Origin: Candidatus Methylomirabilia bacterium
GTDB lineage: Bacteria; Methylomirabilota; Methylomirabilia; Rokubacteriales; CSP1-6
Assembly (NCBI GenBank): GCA_041492755.1
Contig: JBGPXN010000001.1
Span: 37,261-101,260 of the forward strand
DNA: 64,000 bases
Reading direction: 5' to 3'
The notes beneath the pieces were generated by a model. That model was not told where the DNA came from and made no database searches. It saw only the letters and a list, made by a program, of their open reading frames with translations. The position numbers were made by a program, and so were the translations under genes. Below, piece after piece: positions 49,754 to 59,258 of this stretch (position 1 is the first letter of the stretch; every line of letters begins with the position of its first letter).

Positions 49754-52700
49754 CGAGCGGTCCTCCCTGCCCTTCGCCCCGTTTGCGGCTCGCAACGCGC
49801 CACCGCCACAGCCGACCACCCAAGCGGCGGAACGCCGCGGGAGCAACCCGTCGCAGCGCGATCTCCGGGATCATGAGCAACGCCACCAACCCCACCATCC
49901 AGGGCCAAACCTCGACAGCAATCCGCGATTGCCTTCGTGCTTCCTGGAACGCCTGCCGCGGTTCCTTGAGGGCGCCACCGCCGGTCAGCTCGGCCAGCTC
50001 GCGCAGCGCCGTCTCGTCGACGCCGAGGTTGCGCAACTCCTGTGCATACGGTACCACCAGCCCGGCAAGCTGCGAACCAATGACACGCTCCTGCTTCCGC
50101 TGTGCCATCCCGACCAGGTACACGCCTTCCTGGGGCGCCGGGAACCGGCCGCGATACCGGCCGGGAGCGACCTGCTCGAGATCGAGCACGGTGCGCTCGC
50201 GGTTGGGCGCGACCACACCGACCTGCGTGTCCAGGAAGTTGATGAACTCGCCCTTGGCGTCCACGGCGTCGACCACGATCTCGCCGAAGTTGTCGCGGCG
50301 CTCGACGGTGGCGACCGTCTCCGATCGCGAGCCGCTGCGCAGCGTCCATCGCGTGACCTGCGCCCAAAACTTGTTGAAGTCGCGCCAACGGAGCCACAGG
50401 ACGCCCCACTTCGCCTTGGCGTCGGAGGTGAACGCCACCGAACGCCCGAGACCGTACCGCCAGGCGGCGAGGATCGGATCCTCCTGGTGGCTCATGAGGA
50501 CCATCTCGGCGTTCTGCTTCAGCGTCGTCGCCACGTAGCCGCCCAGCGGCGGCACCGCTTTCCAGTCGATGTCCTGGATCGACTCGTGCGACGGTCCGGT
50601 CAGCTGCGGCTTGAACGGCTGCTCGACCAGCGAGGCTTTGGAGGCGAGTTGCGTTTCCAGCGTGAAGATGCGCGGGATCGTCTGCGAGTCCTCGGTGTAG
50701 TAGAAGCGCCCGCGGCCCCACTTGGCGATGTCCACCATGAGCTGGACGTCGGAGTCCTTGCCGATGGCGACGGACGACACGGTGATCTTGTCCTTCACCA
50801 TGCGCCGCAGCAGCCCCTGGAAATCGCCCCGCGTCATCTGGCCGTCGGACAGGAAGATCACGTGCTTGAGCAGCGCGGGGCGCTCGAAGAGCACGGCGTA
50901 CGCGTCCTTCAGCGCCGGGTACCCATCGGTGCCGCCGCCCGCCTTGATGGTCGCGATCGCGTGGTGGATCGCCGACTTGTCCCGGGCCGGCCGCACCGGC
51001 ACGTCCCAGATGAACTCCGTGTCCCAGCTCTGCACGCCGACTTCGTTGCGGTCGTCGAGGAGGTCGACCACGAGGTGGCTGGCCTCCTTGGCGAGGTCCA
51101 GCTTGGTGACCTTCTCGTCCGTCGACATCGCCATCGAACCGGAACGGTCGATCGAGAGCACGACGGCGAGGCTCGGGATCTCGACCTTCTGCCGGACCTC
51201 CATCGTGACCGGCAGCGCTTCTTCGACCGGCGTGCGGTAGTAGCCGCCGACGCCGAAGCTTTCTTCGCCGCCGATCATGATGAGGCCACCGCCATGATCG
51301 CGGACGTAGTCACGGATGTTCGTCATTTGCGGGCGCGAGATCTTCAACGACGACACGTTGGACAGCACGATGCCGTCGTACTTCTCCAGCCCGGCCATGT
51401 CCTTGGGAATGCCGGCCGCCTCGACGACGGTGACCTCGATGTTCTGGGCGCGCAGCGCGGCCACCAGCGATTGCGCGTGGCTCTTGTCCTTCTCCGCCAG
51501 CAGCACCTGAGGTCGGCCGCGCACCACCACCGTCCCGACCGCGCGGTTGTTCTCTTCGATGGTGTCGCCGTCGACCTCGATGGCGGCCTGGTAAACGTGG
51601 ATGCCGCTGGCGTCCAGCGACTGGCGGTAGCTGAACACGTTCTTGCCGGCGTTGAGCCGGATGACCTGCGAGCCGAGGAACTCGCCGTTGCGGAACAGCG
51701 AGAGGCGGCCGTTGGTGTCCTTCAGGCTCCACGCCACCACCTTGGCCTGGAACGGCTCCCCGTACTTCACCTCGCGTGGCAGCACCATGGACTCCGCCAC
51801 GACTTCCTGGGTGAAGGTCAGCGGGGCGGCGACGTAGTAGATGTCGGCCCCCCCGTCCTTGGCCGCCTGCGCGCCCGTCACGCTGTTGCCGCGCGTTTCC
51901 TGGCCGTCGGTGAGCATGACGATGCGATTGGCGTGTCCCGGAGGCAGCGTGGCGAGCGCGAGCTGCAGCGCCTGGAAGATGTTGGTGCCGCGCGCGTTCA
52001 CTTCGGCCTTCGGGCGATCGACCGTCGGCCGGTTGGCCAACGGCTGATCGACGACGGGTTCCTCGCCGAAGACGATCACGCTCTGGCGGTCGTTGGCTCG
52101 CATGTGCTTGACGGCTTCGGACACGAAGCGCCACGAGCGCTCACGGGCGGCCAGACTCACGCTGTCCGAGTGGTCGAGCAGGAAGACGACGTTGAGCCGG
52201 TCGACCCATCGCGGCACCGTCGGCCGGAGCAGCGTCAGCGCGAGCAAGATCACCAAGGCGCCGCGGGTGGCGAGCGCCCACCGATCGGCCTGGCCGCCGG
52301 GCAACGCCCAGCGTCCCGCGCTCTGTCGCCGCCAGTAGAGGACGCCCTCCAGCAGCAGGAGCAGCACGGCGATCAGCACGAACAGCTGCCAGAGCTCGCG
52401 CTGCACCGGGACGGGCATCGCGGTGGCCGCCGCGGCGCCGGTGGCCACCGGCAACGGGCGAGGCACGACGTTGGACTCGTCCGCGTCCATCAGGTTGACG
52501 GCGACCTTCATCTGGCCGCGCGAGGTCGTCAGCGTGTAGACACCGACCTCGTCGGTCTCGGTGAAGCTCGCCATGCCTCGCGTGATCTGCCCCTTCACCG
52601 TGCGGCCGCCGGGGGTGGTCACCGTGACCGAGTTCACCCCGTGCTCCACCGGGAGCAGGATCGGCTGCCCCGTCGCGAGCTGGAAGCTGGCCTGGTCCAG

Positions 52701-54152
52701 ACCGGCCGGGTGCAGCCAGCGCAGCCCGTTCGAGAGGATCAACGGGAACGCCACCCGCAATGGCAGGTCGCTCTTGAACAGGTCGAAGCCCACGAACAGC
52801 GCCTTGCGATCCGGCTCCTCCAGCGCGTAGATGATCGGCCCGCCGACCGCCTCCACCAGCGGCCGCCCGGCGGCGAGCGGACGGATCCGTAGCGCGTCTT
52901 CGATGGCGACCTTGGCGAACTCGACGTGACGCATAACGGGATGACTGCGGTCCCAATCCATGATGGTCGGGCGCTCGATGCGGCCCAGCGTCTCCAGCGG
53001 CACGTCGGGCGGCACGGCGTTGACGAAGATGAAGCGACCGGCGCCGACCTTGGCCGGCGTGACGGAGTCGAGCACGACCACGTCGGCCTCGCCCATGCCG
53101 CCCTGGTACTGATCGGGCGTGCGGACCTCGACGGTTACTTGTGGGTCGGTTCTCAGAACCTTTTCCAGGAACAGGTTGCCGGGGCTGACCAGCAACACCG
53201 AGATCTTGCGTGGGGGCGGCAGGACGGCGTAGGCCACATTGTCGGTGGCGAGGTCGTCGCGCACTTGCAGCCGCGCCGTCACCACGCCGCCGCCGGTGTG
53301 GCTGAAGGGCAGGACCACCGAGCGCCGCACGTTCGGCTCGAGGGTCACCGACTTCTCGGCGAAGGGACGGTCGTCGACGTCGAGCGTGAACGTGAACGTC
53401 TGCGCGTCCGGCGTGTAGTTCACCAGTGACACGAAGGCCTGGTACTCGAGCGCGCCGTAGTAGTTCTTGCGGATGGCCAGGTTGGTGATGCCGACGTTGC
53501 GACCGCCCTGGCCGATGCCGATCCAGCGCACGCGTGGATCCTTCGTTTCCTCGGAGTCGGCCAGCGCGTAGGCCCCATCGGTGAAGACGTGGATCTCGGC
53601 GCGCCGGTCGTTGCCCACGAGCGCGCGCGCCGTGCGGATGGCCTCCGGGAGCCGATGCGGCAGGTCGTGGGCCTGCGCACTGCGGATGGCGGCCACCGCG
53701 CGGTCGCGATCGCGCGAGAGCGCCGCCACCACCTTCGGCTGCACGCCCGATTCGATCACCATGATCTCGGCGCCTTCACCGAGCCGGCCGACCAGCCCGA
53801 GCGCCTCGCTCCGGGCTACCGCGAAGCGCGTGGCTCCGACGTCGCGGGTCTTCATGGATGCGGACGTGTCGAGGACGATCACGACCTTGCGCGCGCCCTG
53901 GCCCATGATCGTCACCGCCGGCCGCGCGAGCGCCAGCGCCAGCGCGAGCAGGGCGAGGATCTGGAGGATCATCAGCGGGTCGCGCTGCAAGCGCTGGAAG
54001 AACGCGGAGGCCTCGCGGTCGCGGAGCGACGTCTCCCACAGCAGCAGGCTGGACACCGTGCGCTCGCGCCGGCGAACCTTGAGGAAGTAGAGGAGGACGA
54101 GCGGCAGCGACAGCCCGAAGAGGGCCAGCGCAAGTGGGGACAGGAAACTCAT
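49743..54152 (-). CDS. Giant BatA/BatB-like fusion: aerotolerance-regulator N-terminal TM domain plus three vWA domains plus GATase1/ThuA-like domain
   Basis: N-terminal TM plus VVIVLDTSASM (vWA 1), VVFLLDHSDSV (vWA 2), LAVVLSIDRSGSM (vWA 3), and a DGIVLSNV...GGGLIMIGGEESF class-I-amidotransferase-like segment; 1469 aa. Its antisense 1218-aa track ORF is an artefact. Confidence 0.7.
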   Translation of the reverse strand: MSFLSPLALALFGLSLPLVLLYFLKVRRRERTVSSLLLWETSLRDREASAFFQRLQRDPLMILQILALLALALALARPAVTIMGQGARKVVIVLDTSASMKTRDVGATRFAVARSEALGLVGRLGEGAEIMVIESGVQPKVVAALSRDRDRAVAAIRSAQAHDLPHRLPEAIRTARALVGNDRRAEIHVFTDGAYALADSEETKDPRVRWIGIGQGGRNVGITNLAIRKNYYGALEYQAFVSLVNYTPDAQTFTFTLDVDDRPFAEKSVTLEPNVRRSVVLPFSHTGGGVVTARLQVRDDLATDNVAYAVLPPPRKISVLLVSPGNLFLEKVLRTDPQVTVEVRTPDQYQGGMGEADVVVLDSVTPAKVGAGRFIFVNAVPPDVPLETLGRIERPTIMDWDRSHPVMRHVEFAKVAIEDALRIRPLAAGRPLVEAVGGPIIYALEEPDRKALFVGFDLFKSDLPLRVAFPLILSNGLRWLHPAGLDQASFQLATGQPILLPVEHGVNSVTVTTPGGRTVKGQITRGMASFTETDEVGVYTLTTSRGQMKVAVNLMDADESNVVPRPLPVATGAAAATAMPVPVQRELWQLFVLIAVLLLLLEGVLYWRRQSAGRWALPGGQADRWALATRGALVILLALTLLRPTVPRWVDRLNVVFLLDHSDSVSLAARERSWRFVSEAVKHMRANDRQSVIVFGEEPVVDQPLANRPTVDRPKAEVNARGTNIFQALQLALATLPPGHANRIVMLTDGQETRGNSVTGAQAAKDGGADIYYVAAPLTFTQEVVAESMVLPREVKYGEPFQAKVVAWSLKDTNGRLSLFRNGEFLGSQVIRLNAGKNVFSYRQSLDASGIHVYQAAIEVDGDTIEENNRAVGTVVVRGRPQVLLAEKDKSHAQSLVAALRAQNIEVTVVEAAGIPKDMAGLEKYDGIVLSNVSSLKISRPQMTNIRDYVRDHGGGLIMIGGEESFGVGGYYRTPVEEALPVTMEVRQKVEIPSLAVVLSIDRSGSMAMSTDEKVTKLDLAKEASHLVVDLLDDRNEVGVQSWDTEFIWDVPVRPARDKSAIHHAIATIKAGGGTDGYPALKDAYAVLFERPALLKHVIFLSDGQMTRGDFQGLLRRMVKDKITVSSVAIGKDSDVQLMVDIAKWGRGRFYYTEDSQTIPRIFTLETQLASKASLVEQPFKPQLTGPSHESIQDIDWKAVPPLGGYVATTLKQNAEMVLMSHQEDPILAAWRYGLGRSVAFTSDAKAKWGVLWLRWRDFNKFWAQVTRWTLRSGSRSETVATVERRDNFGEIVVDAVDAKGEFINFLDTQVGVVAPNRERTVLDLEQVAPGRYRGRFPAPQEGVYLVGMAQRKQERVIGSQLAGLVVPYAQELRNLGVDETALRELAELTGGGALKEPRQAFQEARRQSRIAVEVWPWMVGLVALLMIPEIALRRVAPAAFRRLGGRLWRWRVASRKRGEGQGGPLDER

Positions 54153-55060
54153 CCCAGCACCAACCCCCTGAGCTGTCCGAGGACGAATTCCTCGACGGAC
54201 ACGTCGGTGGTCACCCGCCGGTAGCCGATCTCCTGGCTTCGGCAGAAGCCCTCGACCTTCTCGAGGAACTGGGCGAGCCGCTGGCGGTAGGCACGCATCA
54301 CGTCACCATCGATGGTGATCTCGCGGACCTCGCCCGTTTCGGAATCGTGCAGTCGGAGGTCGCCCCCGAGCGTCGGATTGACTTCCTCCGGATCCAACAC
54401 GTGGATGACGTGCACCTCGAATCGTCGCTCGAGCATCGCCCGCACGCCCTGCTCGAATCCCACGGGATCCATGAAGTCGGAGATGATCACCGCGAGTCCG
54501 GACTCCCGCGCCCGCATCGCGTACGCGCCGAGGGCGCCATTGAGGCTCGTCGGGCCGCCGGGGCGCACCCGCCCGAAGAAATCCACCAGCGCGGAGAACT
54601 GATTGCGGCCGCGTACCGGCGGCCACCCCTCGCTGAGGCGCTCGCGCAGCACGGCGACGCCCACCCGCTCGAGGTTGACCAGGCCTACGAAGCCGAGCGC
54701 GAGCGCGACGCGGGAGGCGAACTGCAGCTTGCTCGGCGTGCCGAAGCCCATCGACAGCGAGGCGTCGACCAGCAGGTGCAGTCGGAGGTCTTCCTCGTCG
54801 ACGAACAGCTTGACGTGCAGGCGGTCGTGCCGCCCGTACACGTTCCAGTCGACGTAGCGGAGATCGTCGCCGCTGCCGTAGGCGCGGTAGTCGCAGAACT
54901 CGACGCTGTGACCCTTGCGCGGACTGCGCCGCTCGCCCTTGACCCGGCCCCGGAACGCCCGGCGGGAGGCGAGGGCGAGGCGCTCGAGCTGCGCCAGGAA
55001 CTCGGAGGTGAACGGCGTCTGCGCGGTGGCCGCGGTCTTACCGGTCGTCGCCGTGCTCAC
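54149..55060 (-). CDS. DUF58 domain protein (vWA-like, MoxR partner)
   Basis: ...YVDWNVYGRHDRLHVKLFVDEEDLRLHLLVDASLSMGFG... Confidence 0.75.
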   Translation of the reverse strand: MSTATTGKTAATAQTPFTSEFLAQLERLALASRRAFRGRVKGERRSPRKGHSVEFCDYRAYGSGDDLRYVDWNVYGRHDRLHVKLFVDEEDLRLHLLVDASLSMGFGTPSKLQFASRVALALGFVGLVNLERVGVAVLRERLSEGWPPVRGRNQFSALVDFFGRVRPGGPTSLNGALGAYAMRARESGLAVIISDFMDPVGFEQGVRAMLERRFEVHVIHVLDPEEVNPTLGGDLRLHDSETGEVREITIDGDVMRAYRQRLAQFLEKVEGFCRSQEIGYRRVTTDVSVEEFVLGQLRGLVLG

Positions 55061-55063
55061 GAT

Positions 55064-56512
55064 CTACCGCTCGTCCAGCGCCTGGAAATAGTCCTTGATC
55101 TGCCCGTGGAACTCCCGCGGCACCTGCTCGCGGGCGATGGCGTCCTCCATCATCTTTCGGTACTGGCCGATGACGCCGAGGTACGACAGCCGCGAGCCCA
55201 TGGGGCCGCCCTTGCCGGTGAGGTTCGTGTCGAAGCCGTCCTTGCGGCCGCGCCGACTCTCACCCTCGACGCCGACGTCGTACGGACTGGCGCGCAACCG
55301 CTGCGTCGCGTCGCCCTTGGGCGAGCCGCTCTTGCCCTTGCCAGGAAGCAGCCCTTCGCCCTCCCCGAAGTCCTGGTCCTCGGGCCCGCCGCCCCCCGGC
55401 TGGTTTCGATCGCGTCCGGCCGACTGGCTGCTGTCGCGGCCGCCGCGCAGATTTTTGCCGCCGCGCTGTCGCTCCTCCATCGCGCGCAGCTTGTCGAGAG
55501 CCTTGGACATCGCCTCCATGGCCTTGTCGGTCTGGCCACCCTCGAGCGCTTCCATGCCTTCGGAGACTTCCGAGCCCCAGTTGCCGCCCTTGCGTCCCAG
55601 CCGCTCCATCTCCTCGAGCAGCTCCTTCAGTTTCTGCGGCGAAATCTGGTCGGGACGCAGGCCGCCACTGAGCGCCTTCGACTTGCGGAAGACCATCTTG
55701 TACTGGCTCTGGGTGAAGTCGGACTGTAGATCCGGCAGCCGGTCGGCCTGCTCCAGCATCTTCAGTCGCTCGTCACCCTTGTTCAGGAAGCTGTTGAAGT
55801 CCGGGCGCTGCGAGCCGAGCGCGGTGTCCTTGAAGATGGCCGAGAGGTCGCCGGTGGTCGATGCTCCGGCCGCCCCGGTCTTCTGCGCGAAGTCACGCTC
55901 CTCGAACGCCGAGCGCTTGAGCGCGTCTTTCGGCGTGCGCGGACGGTCCTGCTCGACCATGCCCGCCCCGGTGCGGTCCGCCGGCTCTTCGCTCTCGGCC
56001 CCGTCGGAGAGGTTCGGCAGGCGCGGCGTCGGCAACGGCAGCGGTGGCGCCAGCGCCAGTATCACCGCGGCCAGCGCGGGCACCGGCAGCCACATCGCCT
56101 CGCGCGGCAGGATGCGTCGCGCCACTTGCTTCGGCGCCAGCGAGCCCACGCGCGCGGTCACGTCGGCCACGAGCGCCTCCACCAGCGGCGTGCGGTCAGG
56201 ACGCGGCGCCCATTCCAGCGCGGTCGCGAGCCGGTCTTGCAGCCCGAACGCGGCGTCGGCGAGGCGGGCGGCGTCCCCGCGCGGCACGCGACGCACGAAT
56301 CCCCAGAGCCCGCCGGCCAGCAAGCCGGCCGCGGCCACGCCGAGGGCCAGGGGCAACGCGAGCGCGCCGAGCGGTGTCTTGAAGACGAGGAGCGCGGCGC
56401 CGAGGGCCACGCCGTAGAAGAGTCCGCGGAGCGCGTAGTGCTCGGCGCGCCGCAGGCGGACCTGTGACACGATGGTCTGCACGAGACGGTCGAGCGGTTC
56501 AGGCTGCGACAT
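55064..56512 (-). CDS. Hypothetical membrane protein with long charged/coiled C-terminal region (MoxR-operon component)
   Basis: Two predicted N-terminal TM helices, a Pro-rich segment, and a K/E/R-rich region. No recognisable catalytic motif. Confidence 0.45.
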   Translation of the reverse strand: MSQPEPLDRLVQTIVSQVRLRRAEHYALRGLFYGVALGAALLVFKTPLGALALPLALGVAAAGLLAGGLWGFVRRVPRGDAARLADAAFGLQDRLATALEWAPRPDRTPLVEALVADVTARVGSLAPKQVARRILPREAMWLPVPALAAVILALAPPLPLPTPRLPNLSDGAESEEPADRTGAGMVEQDRPRTPKDALKRSAFEERDFAQKTGAAGASTTGDLSAIFKDTALGSQRPDFNSFLNKGDERLKMLEQADRLPDLQSDFTQSQYKMVFRKSKALSGGLRPDQISPQKLKELLEEMERLGRKGGNWGSEVSEGMEALEGGQTDKAMEAMSKALDKLRAMEERQRGGKNLRGGRDSSQSAGRDRNQPGGGGPEDQDFGEGEGLLPGKGKSGSPKGDATQRLRASPYDVGVEGESRRGRKDGFDTNLTGKGGPMGSRLSYLGVIGQYRKMMEDAIAREQVPREFHGQIKDYFQALDER

Positions 56513-56538
56513 CCGGGCCTCCTCGGTGGCGACGGCGC

Positions 56539-57570
56539 CTACCGGAGAAAGGGTTCGCGCGTCTGGGCCTGGGTACTCTGGGCGGCGTCGACGATGTCCC
56601 CGATCAGCGTGTCGACGTCGATGCCCTCGGCTTCACCCTCGAAGTTGAGGATGATTCGATGGCGCAGCGCGGGCAGGGTCAGCGCCTTGAGATCGTCCAC
56701 GCTGACGTTGCACCGCCCCTGGGACAGCGCGAGCACCTTGGCGCCGAGCACGAGGGCCTGGGCACCGCGCGGACTGGCGCCGTAGCGGATGAAGCGCCGG
56801 CTGACGTCGGGTGCGCCCTCCCACGCGGGGTGGGTCGCCATCACGATCGTCGAGGCGAGATCGCGGACGTGGGAGGCGATCGGGACTTCACGGACCAGCT
56901 CGCGGAAGCCGAGCACGGTCGCTCCGCTCATCACCCGCGAGACGTCGACGTGGCGGGACTGGGTGGTGCGATCGATGATCGCGTTCAGCTCCTCCAGCGC
57001 GGGATACCGCACGCGCAGCTTGAAGAGGAAGCGATCGAGCTGCGCTTCCGGCAGCGGATACGTCCCTTCCATCTCGATCGGGTTCTGGGTGGCGAGCACG
57101 AAGAACGGCGCCGGCAGCGGACGCGAGGCGCCGCCCACGGTCACCCCGCCCTCCTGCATGCCTTCCAGTAGCGCGGACTGGGTCTTCGGGGTCGCCCGGT
57201 TGATCTCGTCCGCGAGCAGGATGTGGGCGAAGATCGGCCCGGCCTGGAACTGGAAGTGCTTCCGGCCGTCGGCGTCCTCCACGATGATGTTGGTGCCGGT
57301 GATGTCGGCCGGCATGAGGTCCGGGGTGAACTGGATACGAGAGAACGCCAGGTCCAGGCACTCGGACAGCGTCTTGATGAGCAGCGTCTTGCCGAGCCCG
57401 GGGACGCCTTCCAGCAGCGCGTGCCCGCCGGCGAACATCCCGATGAGCACGTGATCGATGATCTCGCGGTGGCCGACGATGACCTTCTCGACCTCCGCGC
57501 GCAGGCCCTCGAACGCGGTGACGAACTCCTGGACCCGGGACTCTTGCGTCATGCGGTCTCCCTCTCTCAC
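56539..57570 (-). CDS. MoxR-family AAA+ ATPase
   Basis: LLEGVPGLGKT (Walker A), ILLADEINRA (Walker B), typical MoxR length. Confidence 0.85.
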   Translation of the reverse strand: MREGDRMTQESRVQEFVTAFEGLRAEVEKVIVGHREIIDHVLIGMFAGGHALLEGVPGLGKTLLIKTLSECLDLAFSRIQFTPDLMPADITGTNIIVEDADGRKHFQFQAGPIFAHILLADEINRATPKTQSALLEGMQEGGVTVGGASRPLPAPFFVLATQNPIEMEGTYPLPEAQLDRFLFKLRVRYPALEELNAIIDRTTQSRHVDVSRVMSGATVLGFRELVREVPIASHVRDLASTIVMATHPAWEGAPDVSRRFIRYGASPRGAQALVLGAKVLALSQGRCNVSVDDLKALTLPALRHRIILNFEGEAEGIDVDTLIGDIVDAAQSTQAQTREPFLR

Positions 57571-57821
57571 GAGTCGACGCCCCTCGATTCTAATAGCAAG
57601 ACTACTGCCATGCCCCGTCGAGCATCAGCCGAATTAAATCGCTGGCCTATCCCTTCACCGCCGGCGTGCCGGGTGCCCACCGGGTGGGCTGGCTGATCGA
57701 TTTTGTGGCGCTACCGGCGGATCGACCACCCGCGACGTCCCCTCGGCCGGTCGCCGCCATGGTCGGAGTAACGGCGACGGCCCGACGCCGGCTCCCCGGT
57801 CGGCGCGCCGTCGGCGATCCA

Positions 57822-58892
57822 TCACGCATCGCGGCACACCGGCCGCGCATCGGCCGACATGGGCACCAAGCCCCGGTAGGCGTCGAGGTAGCCCTCGATC
57901 TCGCGCGCCGCCGGATAGCGCTCTTCCACGAGCGCACGGCCGGCCGCACCCAGCCGCCCGCGCAGATCGGGTTCACGGATGAGCCGCTCCGCCTTCGCTT
58001 CGAACTCGGCGTCGTCACGGAAGAGCAGTCCGGTCACGCCGTCCTCGACCAGCGAGCGATTCCCCGGAACGTCGGATGCCAGCACGGCGCGGCCCAGGGC
58101 CAGCGCCTCCAGCACCGAGTTCGCCATGCCGCCTTCGGACTCGGAACAGTTCAGCACCACCGACGCGCGATCGAGAAGCGAGGCCATCTGCGCGTGGGGC
58201 ACGGCCCCGACGTGGCGCGCCCACTCGAGCCCGTCGATCGCCCGTAGCAGCGCCTCGCCTTCGTCAGCCTCGATGATCGGCCCCGCGTAGAGCAACCTCA
58301 GGTCGGGGTGGCGAGCCACCAGCCGGGAGCATGGGCCCAGCGGCAGCCGCGGCCGCTTCACCGGCCGGATACCGGCGGGGAACACGACGAGCGTGCGCGC
58401 CACCGCATCCGGCCAGCGTGCGCCGAGATCGAACCGCTGCGCGCGGTCCAGCCCGATCGACTGGGGAACCTCGCGCAGCCGCGGCCGGAGGTCGGGGAGC
58501 GCTCCGGCAACCCGCTCGGCGATGGAACCGTGAAAGACGGTGATCGCGGCGGCGCCTTCCAGCACGTGGCGAACGAGGGCCGCGTGCCGGGGGTCGAACA
58601 GCTCGTGATTGGCGTCGGTCCCCGTCAGCGTTACCACCAGCGGGATCTCGGCGCGCCGGGCGAGCCGTAACGCGAGCGGACCGGTGCGGTAGGCGTGGAA
58701 TGCGTGAACGATTCGGGGGCCGAAGCGCTCGAGCTCCGCTTCGACAGCAGCGGGAGCCGTGACGGCGAGATCCCACACCCGAACGTCCACGCCCCGCGCG
58801 CGCAACCCGCGGGTGATGCGTTCGACCGTAATGGCGTTACCGCGGACCGACGGGTACGCGAACGGGGTCAGAAGCGCGACCCGCGGCAGCAT
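57822..58892 (-). CDS. GT4-family glycosyltransferase
   Basis: ...NCSESEGGMANSVLEALALGRAVLASDVPG... (GT4 E-x7-E region). Confidence 0.8.
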   Translation of the reverse strand: MLPRVALLTPFAYPSVRGNAITVERITRGLRARGVDVRVWDLAVTAPAAVEAELERFGPRIVHAFHAYRTGPLALRLARRAEIPLVVTLTGTDANHELFDPRHAALVRHVLEGAAAITVFHGSIAERVAGALPDLRPRLREVPQSIGLDRAQRFDLGARWPDAVARTLVVFPAGIRPVKRPRLPLGPCSRLVARHPDLRLLYAGPIIEADEGEALLRAIDGLEWARHVGAVPHAQMASLLDRASVVLNCSESEGGMANSVLEALALGRAVLASDVPGNRSLVEDGVTGLLFRDDAEFEAKAERLIREPDLRGRLGAAGRALVEERYPAAREIEGYLDAYRGLVPMSADARPVCRDA

Positions 58893-58947
58893 TAGCGCAC
58901 AGGATATCAGGAATCTCCAGAGGCAACGGGCGCGTCTTCAATATAGA

Positions 58948-59232
58948 ATGATGCCAATGTCCCCCGGCGGCGACCTCCCCGCAAGCTCTCTCGAGTGCCG
59001 GCAAATCGCCGAGCTGCTGGGGGACTACCTGGACGGCTCGCTCCCCAAGCCCACCGTCGAGCTGATCGAATGGCACATCGAAGGCTGTGGGCCCTGCGTG
59101 GCGTTCATCAACACGTATCGCGGAACGGTGAACGCCGCCGCCAAGCTACGTGACGCCAGCATCCCCGCCGAGCTTCGCCACCGCCTTCTGACCGTCCTCC
59201 GCGCGAAGAACGAGACGCCGCCCCTGGGCTGA
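58948..59232 (+). CDS. Zinc-finger anti-sigma factor (ZAS, ChrR/RsrA-like), stand-alone
   Basis: MMPMSPGG...CRQIAELLGDYLDGSL...EWHIEGCGPCVAF (H-x3-C-x2-C). The track ORF start at 58759 would overlap the divergent GT4 gene. TATAGAAT sits immediately 5' of the ATG cluster. Confidence 0.55.
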   Translation: MMPMSPGGDLPASSLECRQIAELLGDYLDGSLPKPTVELIEWHIEGCGPCVAFINTYRGTVNAAAKLRDASIPAELRHRLLTVLRAKNETPPLG

Positions 59233-59258
59233 CGCTCAGCCCCCGGCTACCGGGGCGC

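Noticed and set aside
49236-52892. 1218-aa plus-strand ORF
   Set aside because: Antisense to the multi-vWA gene, whose frame carries clear vWA MIDAS motifs.
57571-57821. Hairpin CCCACCgGGTGGG followed by GATTTTG upstream of moxR as an sRNA or terminator
   Set aside because: Weak stem, no flanking gene on that strand to terminate, and not repeated elsewhere; retained only as part of the moxR promoter region.
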